This document shows positions 1 to 15,000 of a stretch of DNA of 64,000 bases, piece by piece. Source of the DNA: Botryllus schlosseri (lineage: Eukaryota); the NCBI GenBank assembly GCA_051294905.1, contig CM119372.1, positions 9,984,001-10,048,000 on the forward strand. The letters run 5' to 3'. Numbering within the stretch: position 1 is the stretch's first letter; the number at the start of each line of letters is the position of its first letter. The notes beneath the pieces were generated by a model, which was given only the letters and a program-made list of their open reading frames with translations, did not search any database and was not told where the DNA came from. The position numbers were made by a program, and so were the translations under genes.

Positions 1-26
1 TACCTTAATATGCTTTCTTTGCAACC

Positions 27-3000
27 ATGAACAGAACCATGACTATATTTACTGATTCATCAGTATCATCAGCAATCGCCAATGCAACAGGAGATGCGAC
101 TACCATCACGTAAGAAATGTATATGATCTATATATTGTGTTTTGCAATGAATTATTGAATATCGAACAACTTCACTTAACGAGATAACCTGAATTTTACT
201 GTCTCAATCCTAATGATACAGCAGTCTCTTTCTTTTATAGAAGCTCCGCAAAATTTTATAGAACATAGGTGTAAGTGCATGTGAATCAGCGAACTGTTGC
301 GTATGGTACGCCTAATCGAGGGGTGTTCAACCTCCTTGATATTCACGGCCATGCTTCGATTCCAAATATAGCATACGGCCGCATCATTCCGGCGGAGACT
401 CGTCATGGCTAATCTCTACGTCATTTACTCATGATAAATCGGCTACTGGGAACTTCACACTGCGGAGGGACTTGTGGTGTACTGTGCCATCACTGATTTT
501 TTAAGATATACTTTACGTATAAAAGTTTTTATTTGTAGCAGAAGAACACCTCCGCAGGCTTACTAAAATCGCGAGCAAAAAGTTATGAAAGTTTTTTTGA
601 TTCCCTTTCGAGTCGCGCAAAGCGTGAAAATATTTTCCATCTGGAAAATGTATTTCGTCGATAAGGTTGGTGGTTCCATATATTACTGCCATCAGGGCAT
701 CCAGCACAGTGGCTTCCAAACGCGCGACCCCCCTCCCCCCCCCAGAGACACCCTGGCTCCGCCCCTGCCACGATGTAAACTGCTCTATTTGTGGGTTTCT
801 CGCAGAAAGTACCAATTCAATATTATTGAGCTATAGCGACGGTTTCCTCGAGAATCTTTATCGACAGATATCGCCAGCGGAACACATATGAACTCCATCC
901 TGTTCTACTCCAAAAGGAACCAATAATAATTACATTACCAACTTTTAAATGAGGATAAACATTTGCTTTTGATATCACAAGAGGAATGAAACTTACAAGC
1001 TTACCCGTACGATTGTACGATATTGCACACCCGGTCAACATGTTTTGAAGCATAAACTTGCCTGTTTATTGTGATGGCTGTGGTCATCGGTCTATATTAA
1101 TTCGGAACTGCTGGTACACCCTATCTGAGTAGTACACCCTTTTAAGATTTTGGTACACCCTAGGGCAGGGGTGGGCAAACTTTTCAGCTCGCGGGCCGCA
1201 TTCAACATCTGAATCCATTCGCGGGCCGCGCTATAAATAATTGGGATTATAAACCAAAACGCAATATTGGTTTCTGATTATATAGTGAAGACATGGAGAT
1301 AATATATATGCATATTAAAACCAAACCGAACATTGCTTTGATGATATCGTACACGCGTCAGAAACGGTAGCGAGATTTCATAGGCTGGTCGACCTCAATA
1401 AACAATTTGTCGAAACTATCAAGATGAAAGTCGGTTTTCCCGATTCTTAGAACAGGATTGAAATTGAAATATCTATGAAAAGCGATCTGTTCATGGATAT
1501 ACTCTTTCCACTATTGGTTCAGTTCTAGGCCACACAATGGTGACAGCATCATAGCCATGTTAGAGTCAAACACGCTTCTACTATGTGCAGATAAAATATA
1601 AATACCCTAATTCTACGCATACAGAGAACGAATCTACCTAAGACACGCGCGAATCGTTTTAATTAGCATATCACTGAAATAATTTAAACTGGAGTGGCCA
1701 ATTTGAAATCCCACTCGTGATCCGAATTATTCCAATCTCGTTTAGAATTTCTGTGATGTTTCGCTTTTCAAACTGCGTGGGCCTTAAGATGGCGCTGTCG
1801 TGCCAGAAATTAAACATGAAAAATATTATAGGAAGAATTTACCTTAGAACAGTGGTTCTCAGACTTTTTAAGACACGCCCTCGCTATGACAGTGAAAGAT
1901 TTCGCGCCCTCCCCTTTTATCGTCATATCACAAAACACAAACAGAATACTAGAAAACCTAACGGATAGTTTAATGGCATGGAAGGTTACGACTGTGGATG
2001 AGAGATTTTTAAATATGAAATTAAGACTAACTACAGAGCAACAATTATGAAATGGATGGAAATCACGCTGAGCGCAAAAAAAAATCAGTTGAATCGAGCT
2101 TCACGCCCCCCTTCAGATGCTTTTCACGTCCCAAAGGGGGCCCACCCCCCAGTTTGCGAACCCCTGCCTCAGAATTATCATGGTGAAATATAGGCCTACT
2201 TAGAAAAAGTTCCATCAAATCCCTGCATTAATTCATACTCTCTTCAAGCGCGAAGTATGTACCTGCAGCAAAAGTGCAGGGCCCCGCTACAGGATTTGTA
2301 CATCCAGCAGCAGCAACAGCAGCGTAATCTTCATCAAAGAAAACTGGTCAGCTCGGTGGCTTTGCTGCAGCAGCTCTGGGCGAACGACGCCAGCGCTACT
2401 AACCGATTTTTAGTGCGCATTTTCTCAATATTTTTTTTTAAGTTTCTTTGGACTCTCGCGGGCCGCACAGAACGGTGTTGCGGGTCGCATGCGGTGGTTC
2501 GCCCACCTCAGCCCTAGGGTTTACGATACACCCGGTTGAAGAGCACTGTACTAAATGAATAATGACCATGGCCACATAACGTGAAGTCAGCGTGGCATTC
2601 CTCTGGATCCCTGGTCACGTAGGCATTCACGGCAATGAAAAAGCGGACAGATTGGCCAAAACCGTTTCTGACTCCCCGCCGAATTACCGGGATTTGCCGA
2701 TGCTCTCGGAACAAGAAGCTCGCCGTATCGTACGTCGCCACTGCATGACGTTGTGTGATCAGGAATACCGTATATCCAAGAAAGGATGTCAATATAAATC
2801 CTTCAAATCCTCTGTTTGTGATTCTCCCTCTACTTGTGGGAACCGCCTTATAGATGACATCATGTTTCGTTTGAAATCTGGACATTGCCGATTGAACGCT
2901 CATTTGTTTAGAATTGGAATAGTTGAATCTCCATATTGTAGTTACTGCCGATACCCCGAAACCGTCGAACACTTTTTAATATGTTGTCCAAAATATGCTT

Positions 3001-6000
3001 TTCACCGTGAATTTCTTGTAGATAAATGTGCGCAATTGAAAGTGAATTTTTGTATTACCGATTTACTCCTTAATCCTCAAATAACGCCTTATGTTGTTGA
3101 ATTTGTGTTGTCGTGCAACCGCAATTTGTAACTGAGTTTATCATGCTATTCTGATAATTGATTTGTTTTCTTGTGCAACCGCCTTACCCTCGTGTTTTTG
3201 GTCCACCCTCGTGTCCTTGTGATACCGCCTGTTATGAACTGAGTTTCCGCCATTATTCATGTACAATGTTATTGGCCGTGGCGCAAAAGGCCGTCAGGCG
3301 ATAAGCGCCATTATTTATGTTTAATAAACAACAACAACAACCATGGCCACATAAACATGTACGATAGTATGTTACCTGTCTTCTATCGATAAGTTTTGTA
3401 TATGCTTAGCCTACATATAAATACCATCTATCTATGCGATCTGTTTTCAGGCCCTACGGAAAGCCGTTCGACGAGAGAGTAACATTCGTGATTGGGTTCA
3501 TTTTATTTACCTTCATGTTCTTCGGAATAGTCCTTAACGCAATAACTGTTGCTGTAATCATAAAGTACCAAAAATTGAGGTATACGATTCCTATCCTGCA
3601 CGTTGGTTTCTACAGTTGTCGGACCATATATTTTGCATTCCAGAAACATATTTTCCATTTTTATATTTTCCTTGTGTCTGTCGGACATGTTGTCAGCATT
3701 GATAAGTCCACTCTACTGGTATAAGAGAACTCTTGGATTCGACGAGTGGAAACTACCAGGTTTCTTATGCAAGGTAAATAATTCACACATGACGTCTTTT
3801 TACTGATACTTATTTCGTTCTATATGATACACATCATCACAGTTTTACTGGGCAGCAGACATTACGACGTCTTTTGCAACGGCAATGCATATCGTGGCAT
3901 TCGCAGTATTCCGTTTGATCTCTGTGTCGTGTCCACACGTTATTGCAAAGCTCCAAATCAAGGTTGCTGTTGTAAGTTACTGAATATTCATTCATTCAAT
4001 AATTCATAACTCATAATTGGGACGATTTTGGTGGCCTAAAAACGGAGGTTTTCGACCTAAAAAATGACTATTTTGACATTTTTTTACCTTCAAAAACTTA
4101 ATTTTGACAAAACTGTGCCCTGACGTAGGCTATGTAGATTAGGTGTTTTCGCAAATAATGTTATAATTGTAGCCTAACTCATCTTAATTTCTTGATGGAA
4201 CTGACTTAAAAACTGACAAATTTTTACGTGAAAAAACTTTATTTTAACTAAATCTGGACTTATGAAGAATTCTAGTAGTTACTTCACTCATTATGGTAGA
4301 AATAATGAAAAAAATTTGTAGCACAACGAAAGATACTTTCCTACGTTCTCGAGTAGAAATAAGTGCCTGTTCTTAGCTTGCCAGGAACTGGGAAAGAACG
4401 TTTAACACCAGCAGTTCTTGACTGGCAACACTGAAGTTATGCGTGCACTGCTGGTGACACAACGCGTTGCTCCATTGTGACAATGTTGTCTACTTCGCAA
4501 TTTTTCATCATGCGCTTCTTAATATAAGAACCAAGGCCCACGCAGTCTTGCTTCAGTTAGGATATTCCGGTACGTTGAGCATAACACCACATGTCATCCT
4601 ACTTGTTTTATTTGACCGTTTATTATTCACAGTGAGCAGACAATGGGCCGTCTACAACGGCAGGCCTTCAGGGTTGTCATCAACATGGACCCAGAAATAA
4701 GGATAGTCGAAAAAAGAGCGATTTTGTACGCACTTTGTATTTGTAGGAGCCGTGGCAAATCACATTCTATACTTTTTGCAAGAAACAATCTGCTGCAGCA
4801 ACTCCTTGTTAATAGAAAGTGCTTCGTGGATCTCACGACAGATCAGATCCAGGTTTACCTTTACTTGTAGCCAGGGCCGTAACAGCACTTCGTCAGGCCC
4901 CCCCCCAAAACGTTGGTATTAGGCCCCCCATAGTGTGATAAATGCCCCCCAGACCCCCCTCAGCCTATACCCTGTTTATCGCTACTTATCATCTACATTG
5001 GGGAGTTGTTTAGTGAGCAAGCTTTTGTCGCCTAAGCGCGCGAAGCGCGAAAAATTTCTAGAATTGAAGATTGAATCGGTCAGTATGATCGGGAATTGCA
5101 TATATATTGTTATCAACTTTTATCTTCTCTCTGCTCACGTAATCATATTTGCCGGTAGAGCTGAGTGACATGTGTTCGAAAAGGTAGGAGCACTCAATAA
5201 TAATTAAACATCTTCGGGCGTATACCCGTTAGCAGGAACGAAACAGCACCTCATCAGGGAACCCGAAAACTTGGGTCTTGGGCTCCCATAGGATGATAAA
5301 ACGACCCCCCCCCCCTCCCCCAATCACGCTGTTCACGTTTGTCACGCAATTAGCTGTACCGTATAGTGAGCCAGCGCGATGCGCGAAAATTTTCGGTAAT
5401 TTCTGATAAAATCGGTCAATCAGATTGACAATTGCATATATATTGCTATCACTTTCTTGTCCTCTCTACTCACGTAATTAGATTTACCGGTAGAGCTGAG
5501 TGAAGTGTCTTGAAGACGGGAGGGCCCGTAAATAATAATTAAACATCCTCGGGCGGGCGGACCCGTTGATATGACTTCGTTACATATATGATGTTATTTC
5601 GTGACTTCCAGTCTGCTAAATCAAAAAATATAGAATCGCATGAACGTACTAAACTGAAAGACGCACACGATCTCAAATTGGTATTTCTTCATTGGCGTAA
5701 ATTTTTTCTCAGCGGGATGGTATTTGTCTTGTGAGGTTCAGATTGCCAAGACGGAAACATTCGCTGCCAGTCATTCAGGCGCCTATGGACAATTAAACCT
5801 ATATGTATTTTGTATATATAACGAAGTCTTCGGTCAGCATAACGGCATAGTCCTTTTCGGCAAAGGTTTTCTCGCTGCCGATCGTTCTGGCACACTTCTT
5901 GGACTCTCATGTTATATGGCTTAAAACTTGATTGTATGTCTTGGTGGCTCGTGGCGCGGTAATGGCCCAATACCCAATAATAAAGATAAATGGCATCTAG

Positions 6001-9000
6001 AATTCACGCGCGGCGCGAAAAAATTTTGAAAAAATTGCATAAATTTTCAAAAAATACTCTATGATTTATGCTAATTCACGAAATAATTTTGGGCCCCCTT
6101 CGAGCTCAGCCCCCCCCCAATTGGGGGGTTTGGGGTGCGGCAGTTACGGTGCTGCTTGTAGCTGGGATTGCACTAAGTCTGTTCATTTTCTTGGTCGACT
6201 GCGCCGAAACAAAAATGAACACTCTTCGCACACACGCATTGCTGACAGGAGGAAGAAAATGATGCTAACTCGCTTGTTGAACAACGGAAAAGAGTCGTTC
6301 CCGGTAAAGATCTTTATCCGTTTGGTCTCCGGTTCATTCTTGCGGAACACATCAGCTGGAATCTACTGAGCAGAGTGTTAACAGCCGATACCTCATCGAA
6401 CAGCTCGTCTTTCATTGTCATAGAGTTTAAATTTGCTTCGCCAGCCCCTTCACTTCCTCGTACTCGATTGCTTGATCTTTCAGCAAGGTCCAGTTGATGC
6501 TTCTCAAATCGATACAACTTGTTGATGTATTTCAAGGTAATGGTGTAGAACTCCTGGAAGCTCGCTTTGAGCAATACGTTGATCTTGACGAATTCAATAA
6601 TCTCTGCCAGTTCTGGAAACAATGCATTTGACTTTTGCAGGAATAACAGTGGTTTATCAAAGAGCAAGAGAGCGATGTGGAGAAATCATACGATGATCAG
6701 TAACTCTTCTGATTTAAAGAAATACTCCAATATTCTTGGTGGATGTTTCAGCGAAGAATATGCGCTTTCAGTGGTCTCCAGAGATCGACCATTCGCCCGA
6801 GTACGGCATCAAGTGCGGCCCATCGAGTAGGCATGAGAGTTGGTAGAGTCGAATAGTTGCTATCAAGTTCCTCGCAAAAATGCTTGAGCCTCATTGCCAT
6901 ACCAGTTTCACTTTTGAAATTGCTACCAATCTTCAATTCGATTGTTTATATGTCAAGAGGCGATCTGATCCCTTCGCTGTTTCGTTATGCAAAATATGCG
7001 CAGGGCAGTCGACTAGGATCAGATGCAATGTTTGCTCATTGAGGCGAGAGAAGACGTTGTTTTTTCCACAATGCTGTGATCCTCCAAAATTCACTGGGGC
7101 ATTATCGGCAGTAAGGGAGGATAGCTGCTTCATGTCTTGGCCATTCTCTCAAACAGAGGAGAGAATAAAGTTCGTGATCTGTGCCTAGGTCTCGCCTTAC
7201 ATCGATCGCAGGTCAGGAAGACGCACCACCACTCCAACTGATGACTAGATGAAATTGCTTCACCTCGATGTTATTAGAGGCGTAAACCGAGATGGGAAAA
7301 GACTGTACAGTGTACACCTAGATCAGACAAAATCTTTTTTTGAGCGTAAGGAGCAAGAACTCCAGTAACCATGCTCGTAGCCCTCGCCGAAGCAAACTTC
7401 TTTGCGATGTTGGAATCGGGGAATATCGCTTTGAACAGTTGCGATGTGCAATCGTTCGTGAGGAATGATTGCTGGAATGCTGGTGTTTGGCAGTAGGGAA
7501 TGCCCAGGTACCCTCGGCAGCTGCCGCCTTGTAGTCTTTGGTCGTTGGTGCTGATCGACTTGTGAAAAAATTATTCATCGAATGGCTCGAATTAATCATT
7601 ATGACACATCTTCTTCTGTTTTGGGTATCGACGTGAGTTTAAATAGCGGTATTTTCTATGGCCTCTAGGTTAATGTCACAATTGCAAATATTGCAATGTG
7701 CGAAACACTCGCCCTTCAAGCTTCGTCGTTTGATACCTTTGAATTCTCTCTCATAATCGTCAAGAAAAACGTTTTACGCTTGCTCATTTTAACTAATCAG
7801 ATTCGCCTCATTAGTAGCTAAAACTATATTGGTCAACAAAATTTTAAAAAATAGCAGAACATCTAGGAGCCATTTCTGGGGTTTTCAATGTTGCTGATTA
7901 CTTATATCACATTAGTTTTGCCAGATTGGCTCTAGAAAAGAAGATATTTATACCCCTAAAAAAGCTTCAAATCACTGTATTTACCCTTGAATATTTCACT
8001 TGGTAGGAAGGAAATCTTGTATTTTTCTACTTTTATACAGCGCTTAAATAGATAATTGACAATGATGAACACTCATGTTGTTCTCAGTTATACTATCAAT
8101 ATTAACATGACCTGATGCGAGAAAAAAATCAGTTTGTCAAGCCTAAAAATTGTACTTTTGTACAATGGAAGTATATTTCCTCCTGCACGAATTGGTCATT
8201 CTACCAAGATGGAAGGGCAGTGTAAAGCCAGCAATTTTGTCCCCGGAAAGCCCAACTAAAATACTCATATGCGTCTCATCTCTTTTCACTTGTAAATGGA
8301 TGATATTCCGGAAAGCCAACAAAGTGGGCAATGGGCATATCCAATTCTTATCAATCTAGAAGCTTAAATATGCAATCTTTGATGGATCTCAGATTCGAAT
8401 ACGGACTAAGGATTACCATTTCATAACAAGAAAGGTGCTCATTGCATGGAATTCCTTCTAGGCTGTAGTAAATCATTTTTTTTTGGAAGATCACAAAGCA
8501 CCCAACTACAAACAGTTGGTGCGAGAATTGGTATCTGCACATGGAAACCTTGGAGCAAACATGAGCATTAAATCTTACTTCCTGTTCAGACATCTTAATG
8601 TATTTTCTGATAATATTGTTGATTAGAGGAAATAGAAAGGGGAAAGGCTCCACAAATACATCGAAACAACAAAAGAAAGATATCAGTGCAGATGCGACAA
8701 ACATATTATGGCAGACTATTGCTGGAACCTTTCGAAAAATTGCTCTAAATAGCTTATAACCAAAAATAGTACAAGAACCAATTTTGCTTTAAGATAAGTT
8801 ATTAACATTATATTCCAACAAATTATTTTGAATTTAAAATAGGTGGTTGACCTTAAAACTGATTCAATTATTGCAATGTTATTTCGGTATTTAGGTAAAT
8901 ACTTATATACATGATTGAAGTATATTTATGTACTGTATATGATATCATCAGTGAAAGTCTCCAATTATGATAAATATAAATTAACATAATTCTGTTGATG

Positions 9001-12000
9001 TATTTTGATTTAAAACAGTCTTCAGCGTGTCAAAATAAGAAGAATGTTCAATTTCTCAACTTTATAGTACGTCTGAGCCAATTTTTTGATCTACCGCAGA
9101 TATCGAAAATATGAGATTTTAGTCAAAATAGCCCCAATGGATTATCTCCAAAAATAGAGCCAATTTCAAAAAACCAAGGTCATATTCGGAATTAGTGCCC
9201 TTCAGATTCCCCAAAACCACTTTTACTTTGTCTGCATAAAAATATGTGTTGATCAGTGCTGTATGTGTAATATATTTAGATAAATTTATCAATGATTATA
9301 GCCTTACTACTTTTTAACCCACATGTTGACTGCACTGCGCCCTTTTTCACTATACGCGATAAATGCTGCCTCACGCACAGCTTATTCAGTTGTAGACCAA
9401 ACAGCGGAAACCTGGTACTGCTGTTTGTTAAAATGACGTCCGCTGCGAGAGCTTGGTACAGCCGCTCACTGCCTTAGCTATCTTACCACTTGGAAGTCGC
9501 TTAGCGCGATGTTTCTCGTACGCGCCTTGATTGTGAGAATAAAGTATCATAGATACACTAAAATATAGACCGAGGCCGTTGGGTTGCTGGAGTTTTCAAC
9601 GAAGTAATTAATAAGAATGAACCCGCCCGAAGTTAATAATCCGCGACAAGCTCATGAATATATATTCTTATGGCATGTACGATGTTAAAAAGAAGCCACT
9701 TGCTCTTACACGCAGCAATATCATTGATCAAATTCATTCATTTATTCAAAAAATCTTCGCACTCCGCGCGACTAGAAGCCAAATGAACACTGATTTTCTA
9801 TAACGTTCATATCTGATTTGGACTCGCCCGTGAATCGGTCGCCTGATACCAGATATAGTTCTCAACTGCAAGAATGTGTTCGTCTCTGAATTGTATGTAC
9901 AAAGGGTAGTGCAGGATAGGATGGACGGATCTGTGACGCGTTCCCGCGGGAGATTTCCCCTAAACTCATAAAACATTCAGGGATACTATCCGCCTTATCT
10001 TTATGTTTCCCTATCCGGCCCGCCGGATGGAGAAGTTGCCCGTCCCTGATCTATACAATACAAATGAAATGAAGGTTGCAAAAACATTTCAACTTTGTAA
10101 ACAATTTTGACAAAATTTTGACTTATATTAACATACCAAAAAAATCGCCCGACTGATAATACAACGTATTTTAAATATGTATATTAAATAAATATTTTGC
10201 TTTAAATGCCCCATAACTATAGTATTCGATAACATTTATAATGAAAATACCTGATAGTATATCGTTTATAATTATTGTCGAATCACCAAAATTATCTGCA
10301 GAATTTATCGTTATGTATAGCTACTTCATCAACATAAAATACTGAAATGTAGAATATGGAGTCTCTCGACCTACAATCCCTACGTTCATTTCATCCCATA
10401 AAGGGCTCTTCGCTGACATTGATTTAACTTAAAGTCATCACAGGTTGGTTCTGAACACCTACTCCGATCGCTTACCCAACTCGAAGGGCGCGTCAAATAT
10501 ATTTTAGTGACAACTGTATGCATAATCATTCCTAGGATACTGTGTCATTCTTCTCACGACCCTTATATAGATCAAGGATCTTCCACATTATTTAATTCCT
10601 AATTTCAGCTTATCGCTATAATGATATGGATCGTGAGTTTCGGATGTGCATTTGTGCCTATTTCGATTTGGTATGGACCTCGGATACTGGATCGCTACAG
10701 CGGCTTACCAGACGCACGGTGGACTGCATGCACCTTAAACATGGAATGGTAATTGCTATTACTTTTACACCTTGTTTTTTTTGTGTGTTATTCATTGTGT
10801 TTGTCGACTACAATGGTCATTTATACCAGGTCGATTGTCTTTTATTATTTTTTGATTCCGTATCTGAGCACGGCTAAAGTCTAGGCTTTTTTGAGACACC
10901 GCGTGCGTGGATCAGATGGCAAAGAGGAGCCTAGTAGATAACCCTCCAACACTTACGTAGAAATTCTGGAGTCGACCTCGGTCGGTCTCGAACCCGCAAC
11001 CCATCGGTGTTGCAGCTGCGGATAATATACCATACGCTGTCTCGCCAAGCTTAGAATATACATTGGAATCAATGATTGGACGCGGTTCGATAGTACTGAC
11101 ATCCCGGCCGATATTGAAGGCTGATACTGTTTCCCAATTTGGAGGTCTGGATCCAAAAATAATAAAATAATCAGTTACCTTGTCTATTATCGAAATACAT
11201 GATCACGCGGTGCGATTGATCAAGAAAAAGCAATGAGATGGCTTCAAAGTAAGCAGAGAACCATCGCTATTTCCAATTTAAAACTGAAATCTTCGTTCCG
11301 CATATAATCCTACACTGTAAATTCTGAAGTGTTGCTCAACCCGGAAAATTGAACACGAAACGTGATCCAAAAATTGAACGCCTAGAAGTGTTGCGAAGTG
11401 TTTAAATTAAAAGTGTTTACCTAAAAAGTGTTCAGCCTCAAAGTGGCTGGTTGACTAGTCACCGGAACGCAGGGCTCAAAATAAAATCAGATTTTATTGA
11501 TTCATGAATAGATGACGCTTATAATACCCAACCTGGGTGATTAAATACGTGCAAACATTGAAATTTCCAATAGCTGCTGTGACAGGGTTTCATAAATTCA
11601 GATCAGCAGTTGAAACCGTTTCCGGAATAGTCCATGAAATCACGAACATCAAAAATGATCGAGAGCAAACTCACTACAAATATCATGCAACTCGTTCAAT
11701 CATGAAAATGAATGCATAGCGAATTAGGGATAGTGATAACAAAATATCATTTAGTATCTTTAACTTTCGTGACAATGGCATGGAATTAAATTCATTGGTT
11801 ACGTCCGTTAACGGAAAACATGATCAACACAAATCAGTAAAACATATTCATAATTGATCAAATTATGGCTTGTAAATTTCTAATTTTATTGTAAAAAAAA
11901 AAAAAAACGAATATATCAGTTTCACTACCACTACCACGATAAACAAGTAATAAAGTATTTTTTTACTCTTAATGAAATTGGGCCTGCTAAGTGCTAACCA

Positions 12001-15000
12001 GGCATCAAAAATATTCTTGGGCTTGCATTACAAGGATTTATATCAGGTTAATGCCAATCACTTTTGTTTAAATAACAAAGAAATCGTTTCTTTGAGTCCA
12101 TACAAATTTTGCAGATTCACAGAAAAGATTTTGTTGTTATTTGCCAGTCTGCTGCAAAATATGAAATCTGGAAGTCATTAGGGCAATGATTCTTGAACAT
12201 ATTTGGACACGCCCCGTTATGATAGCAAAAAAATTTCACACACCCCTTATCGTCGTATCATGAAATTAAAAAAAGCAACCAGAACGCTAGAAATCCCAAC
12301 TGATAGTTGGATGGCAGTGACGGTAATAGTTGTTGATGAGAGAATATTCAAATATTAAATTCTGACCATACACAGAGAAATAAGTAGAAGCTGCCATGTG
12401 CGAAAAAGATTTGTTGACAGCGGGTTCACGCCCCTTCACATGCTTTCTCCTGTTTGAGAACCACTCCTTCAGGGTATGACAATCCAATGCATAGTAGCTC
12501 AAAACGTCAACAATGTTTCTGAATACTTCATTTTCACTGAAGCAGTTTTATATTCTTGGCATCAGCTGCAATCCAGGATCGGTCAATCTCTGATTCGTGG
12601 CGTGCCATGGTGTTTGCTTCTTTTCTACTGGTCGACTCCAAGTTGTGCTCCTTGAAAATGTGATTAAATTCCAAAGTTTTGAATATGTCAATGAAAATTC
12701 TAAATTTTATGCAGACATAAATATAAATATTTCACACATGCAGGTTACACAAGCGCAGGAAAGGCGCTCGGGTACATGTGAAATCCTATCACTGAGAAGG
12801 ACTAAAATTCGCATAACGACTAATAAAAATATCTTGAATTAGGTCTGCGCTTTTTTCAATTCGGCCATTTTGACATTTACATTGACATTCAGACGCACAG
12901 GCCACAGTGAGAATGCAGAACTGTAACTCAGAATGAAATTTATAGCAGAACGTCTATGTACGTCTACGAACGGTCTATGTAAATTTGTATGGTCCACAAA
13001 ACAGAAAGATTACGATACCTGTTTCAATAAGACATGCGCTTGGGTCTTGGATTGTATTAGCTTGTCTCTCAATTTGGCTTGGAGAAGAAGACAGTTGACT
13101 TCATCAACCTCGTTTTACTGAAAATGTAATTGATTGCAAACAAGATCCGAAAATAAATATAGTAGAATCGGTATTCCTATGGGTTTGGATTTCCATTACA
13201 ATAATTGACCAGACAAAGGACACATTGATTGTCTTTAGTACAAAAAACTTTGTGACATCTTATCGAAGGTGTTGAATACTTTTCCTTCATTGCAGTAATT
13301 GTAATTGTTCTCAATCTTTCAAAATACTTCCTTTCTGATGAAATTTAATTAGCGAAATTATTTGGAATTAGCACGGCATGGGAAATGATCTGAATTTGAT
13401 GTTCCAAGTATAGTTCAGTAAGCAGTAGTTTAAATACAAGTTATCCCAGCTCTTTACATTCAAGAACACCTCTGTTCAATGTACACAGATCAAGCCTCTC
13501 TTAAGCTCATATCGCATATATAGATAGTTATCAAGAAAATTAGGACTGCAAAAACCAGCACATTACATGATCAATGGTGATATATGAAATGAATAAATAG
13601 ACTTACATAATCACATGTTTCCATGAGGCAAAAGTATTATCGCAAAAGATGACTGCACCGGCGCAAAATCCGTTCAGATGACTCCTCACGTCACTATCAA
13701 CATTGTCTGTTAGCACAGGCACGGCAGAACCAGGGGGTCTCTTCGAAGAGTCGACACCAGTTGGATGAATTTGAAGATCAATCCAAGACTGTTGAAAAGA
13801 AAATACTTGTTTCAAAAATTTGCAATACAAGGGAACTATTCAATATTCGAACAGCTTCTTCGAGGTGCAATACTTCAATATAAAATTGAATAGTATATGC
13901 ATATTGAAATGAGCCCGAATATTTTCGGCTGAGACTCGTCAAGGGTAATCGTCAGCAACTAGTAGAGAACTCGAAAGAACGTAGTACATCAAAAATCGTA
14001 TCACAAAATATGACGTCACCGGCATTCAGTATTACGCAGATATCACACTGGATACATTTGTATGTGACAAAATGGTGTCTTTCATAGAACAAATAATTAT
14101 TGTAATGGAAAGTTGCATGTGACCGTACCACCAATTTTACTACAGCACGAGTAGCATACTTTCCTGGATTGTTAATCATTTTAGTGGAATTTTACCAGCA
14201 AACATTCATAAAAATAACCAAATGCAGCAGAATCAAATTCATTATCTAAGGATATGCCAGTTTACTTACGAAATACCGCGATGCTTACCAGTATTTTAAA
14301 CAACAAATGCATTTCAAGAAGTTGCCAATTGCAATACATACTACCTGCACATTAGGGCATTTTTCATATTCTTTCCATCAGCCGCAACCCAGGCTTGATG
14401 AGTCCCTGATTCGTGGCGTGCCACGGCGGATCTTTTTTTTACTGGTCTAATCCAAATGCTGCTCCTAGAAAATACGAAACATTACAAAGGAAAATTGTAA
14501 ATTTGATGCAGAAGTAAATATAAATATTTCACACAGATAGGTTACAGAAGCGCAGGAGAGGTTCTCTGCCCCCCAGGTTGAGAACCACTGACCTAGCCCA
14601 TTATAGTTCAGTAAGCAATAGTTAAAGTACAAGTTACACGAGCTCATTACGTTCAACTACATCTCTGTTCAGTGTTCAGTGTACACAGTTCAGGGTACAC
14701 TGTACGGTACAGTGTACACAGATGAAGCCTTTTTCAGCTCATATCGAATAGCCCGTAAGCTACTCTGCGAGATAGTTCGTGAGAAAAGTAGGACTGCAAA
14801 AACCAGCAAATTACATAATCAATGGTGATACACAAAATGAAAAAATAGGCTTACATAATCACATGTATCCATGGGCTCTTGAGACAAAGGTCTGTATCAC
14901 ATAAGATGACTGTGCCGGCACAAAACCCGTTACGAACGACTCCTCACGTCACTGTCAACATTGTCTGATAGCGCAGGCACGGTAGACCCAGGGGGCTCTT

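Larger units (their letters stand above)
4669..9498 (-). mobile_element. Degenerate hAT (Blackjack-like) transposon with transposase pseudogene (approx. 6170-7787)
   Basis: End CAGGGTTGTCATC; frameshifted minus-strand pieces MSKRK..AHCNIC (BED-like), AAEGTWAF, TADNAPVNFGG, CPAHILHN (CxxH), PTRW; same family as 29386-31551. Confidence 0.8.
4019..10150. mobile_element. GGGCGATTTT-terminal DNA element, host of nested insertions
   Basis: Ends GGGACGATTTT / AAAATCGCCC; uninterrupted copy at 15589-16428 and another starting at 61842. Superfamily not determined. Confidence 0.65.

Noticed and set aside
2257..2517. PolyQ ORF
   Set aside because: CAG-rich patch inside a hAT MITE; no other coding support.
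10960..11047. tRNA gene
   Set aside because: A/B boxes present but no convincing cloverleaf, and it continues into a SINE body.
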